From positions 11,249-75,248 of the forward strand of contig DATFYE010000002.1 in NCBI GenBank assembly GCA_035315185.1: a stretch of DNA of 64,000 nucleotides, in the 5' to 3' direction. The position numbers and the translations under genes are program-made. Origin of the DNA: Syntrophorhabdales bacterium. GTDB lineage: Bacteria > Desulfobacterota > Syntrophorhabdia > Syntrophorhabdales > WCHB1-27. Positions 62,978 to 64,000 of this stretch are shown here, one piece after another. Within the stretch, counting starts at the first letter, position 1. Each line of letters opens with the position of its first letter. Below the pieces are notes generated by a model. The model saw nothing but the letters and a program-made list of their open reading frames with translations, was not told the origin of the DNA and did not search any database.

Positions 62978-64000
62978 AAGAAGAACACGCTGTTATCGGT
63001 CATAGCGTTCCAAAGATAGATGGCCGGGTGAAAGCTACGGGTCAGGCCAGGTATACCGGTGATCTCAGGTTTCCCAACATGCTCGTCGGCAAGATTCTGA
63101 CCAGTCCTCACGCCCATGCGCGCATTGTTCGTATTGATACGTCTGAGGCAGAACGGCTTCCCGGTGTGAAAGCGATTATTACGCATAAGGATGTTCCGAG
63201 CAGGAAATATGGTATTAGTCCGGCCCGATGGGACGAGAACATTTTCTGTATCGACAAGGTGCGCTTCGTAGGTGATAAGGTTGCGGCCGTGGCAGCGGTT
63301 GATGAAGAAACGGTTTACAAGGCGTTGAAACTCATCAGGGTTGAATATGAGATTTTGCCGGCTGTCTTCGATCCTGTCGAAGCATTGGCAGAGGACGCTC
63401 CTCTGATTCACGAGGAGTTCCCGAGGAACATCAACGCTGAGATCCATCAGGAGTTTGGAAACGTAGAAGAGGCATTTTCCCGGGCTTTTCACATCAGGAC
63501 AGATACCTACGTGGGACAGCGCACGTATCAGAGCCCCATAGAGCCCCATTCCGCAATATGCATGTGGGACGGTGGGAAACTGACCGTGTACGCCAGCACC
63601 CAGTCTCCGCACTACTTCCAGTACTACCTGGCCCGCGAATTTGAGCTGCCGATGGGAGACGTTCGGGTTCTCAAAACATTCGTCGGCGGAGGATTCGGTG
63701 GCAAGATGGAGCCTACGGGTCTTGAGTTCGGGGGAGCTGTCCTGGCCCGTATCACCGGCAGGCCTGTAAAAATGTTCTACGATCGGGCGGAAATGTTCGC
63801 CCACAACAGGGGTCGCCACCGCCAGATCATGGAGTTGACGACCGGAGTCGACAGAAACGGCAAAATTCTCGGGTGCCACGCTAACTTTATCATGGACGGC
63901 GGTGCTTACACCAGCCTCGGCATTGCCAGTGCCTATTATGCGGGAGCGTTGCTGACTCTCACGTACGATTTTAACGACTATAAGTTCGACATGCTCCGGA
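62974..64000 (+). CDS. Molybdopterin-binding large subunit of the molybdenum hydroxylase (partial; continues beyond the window)
   Basis: Own translation from ATG 62974 (ATGA overlap): MKEEHAVIGHSVPKIDGRVKATGQARYTGDLRFPNMLVGKILTSPHAHARIVRID...GGGFGGK. Open to position 64000. Confidence 0.85.
   Translation, partial: MKEEHAVIGHSVPKIDGRVKATGQARYTGDLRFPNMLVGKILTSPHAHARIVRIDTSEAERLPGVKAIITHKDVPSRKYGISPARWDENIFCIDKVRFVGDKVAAVAAVDEETVYKALKLIRVEYEILPAVFDPVEALAEDAPLIHEEFPRNINAEIHQEFGNVEEAFSRAFHIRTDTYVGQRTYQSPIEPHSAICMWDGGKLTVYASTQSPHYFQYYLAREFELPMGDVRVLKTFVGGGFGGKMEPTGLEFGGAVLARITGRPVKMFYDRAEMFAHNRGRHRQIMELTTGVDRNGKILGCHANFIMDGGAYTSLGIASAYYAGALLTLTYDFNDYKFDMLR

Noticed and set aside
1-64000. A search by eye for CRISPR arrays, rRNA, canonical tRNAs, transposases/integrases, prophage genes and known defence cassettes. 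The UvrD-like helicase at 53640 was considered as a Gabija/GajB-type component.
   Set aside because: No regularly spaced direct repeats and no recombinase, reverse-transcriptase or nuclease partner genes were seen. The helicase has no OLD/ATPase neighbour; its neighbours are a B3/B4-domain gene and a USP gene. It is treated as a housekeeping SF1 helicase.

Overview
All calls below come from reading the sequence and the ORF track. No database search was run. This 64-kb window looks like ordinary chromosome from an anaerobic, diderm bacterium. A deltaproteobacterial or Syntrophales-like origin is an inference from gene content only.

Gene content:
- **1-6.4 kb:** a tungsten/molybdopterin AOR module, a solute-binding protein, an extended class II aldolase and a LuxR-type solo.
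- **6.5-12.8 kb:** a histidine kinase, a lipoprotein, a sigma-54 response regulator and a hybrid kinase.
- **14.5-20.1 kb:** a PanE-like reductase, an EamA transporter, a polytopic membrane protein and a secreted metallophosphoesterase.
- **20.3-32.5 kb:** a long co-directional housekeeping block: aspS, an IPMS-family (Re-citrate-synthase-like) synthase, LeuC- and LeuD-type dehydratase subunits, icd, prfB, zapB-like, zapA, rny, ymdB and tyrS.
- **32.8-49.4 kb:** pgsB/pgsC plus a third poly-gamma-glutamate gene, pal, two M16 peptidases, a PDZ protein, a cold-shock protein, an S53 sedolisin, an FmdB zinc ribbon, pcnB, a Gly/Tyr/Ser/His-rich secreted protein, a YkuD-Mur-ligase fusion and a small lipoprotein.
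- **50.5-64 kb:** ettA, a UvrD-like helicase, a universal stress protein, a five-gene Liv-type ABC importer, a flavin reductase and a three-subunit molybdenum hydroxylase cut by the window end.

I found no rRNA, canonical tRNA, CRISPR array, transposase, integrase or recognisable defence cassette.

Most interesting observations:
- A modular 125-150 bp intergenic repeat family with terminal inverted repeats. One copy sits inside the synthase-dehydratase gap and supplies the start codon and SD of the LeuC-like gene.
- A 126-nt tRNA-like element resembling the tmRNA tRNA-like domain.
- A 6S-RNA-like locus after zapA.
- A Cache/PAS-like C-terminal domain on the synthase.
- A G9 tract inside the sigma-54 regulator.
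- The low-complexity secreted protein.
- The cytoplasmic YkuD-Mur-ligase fusion.
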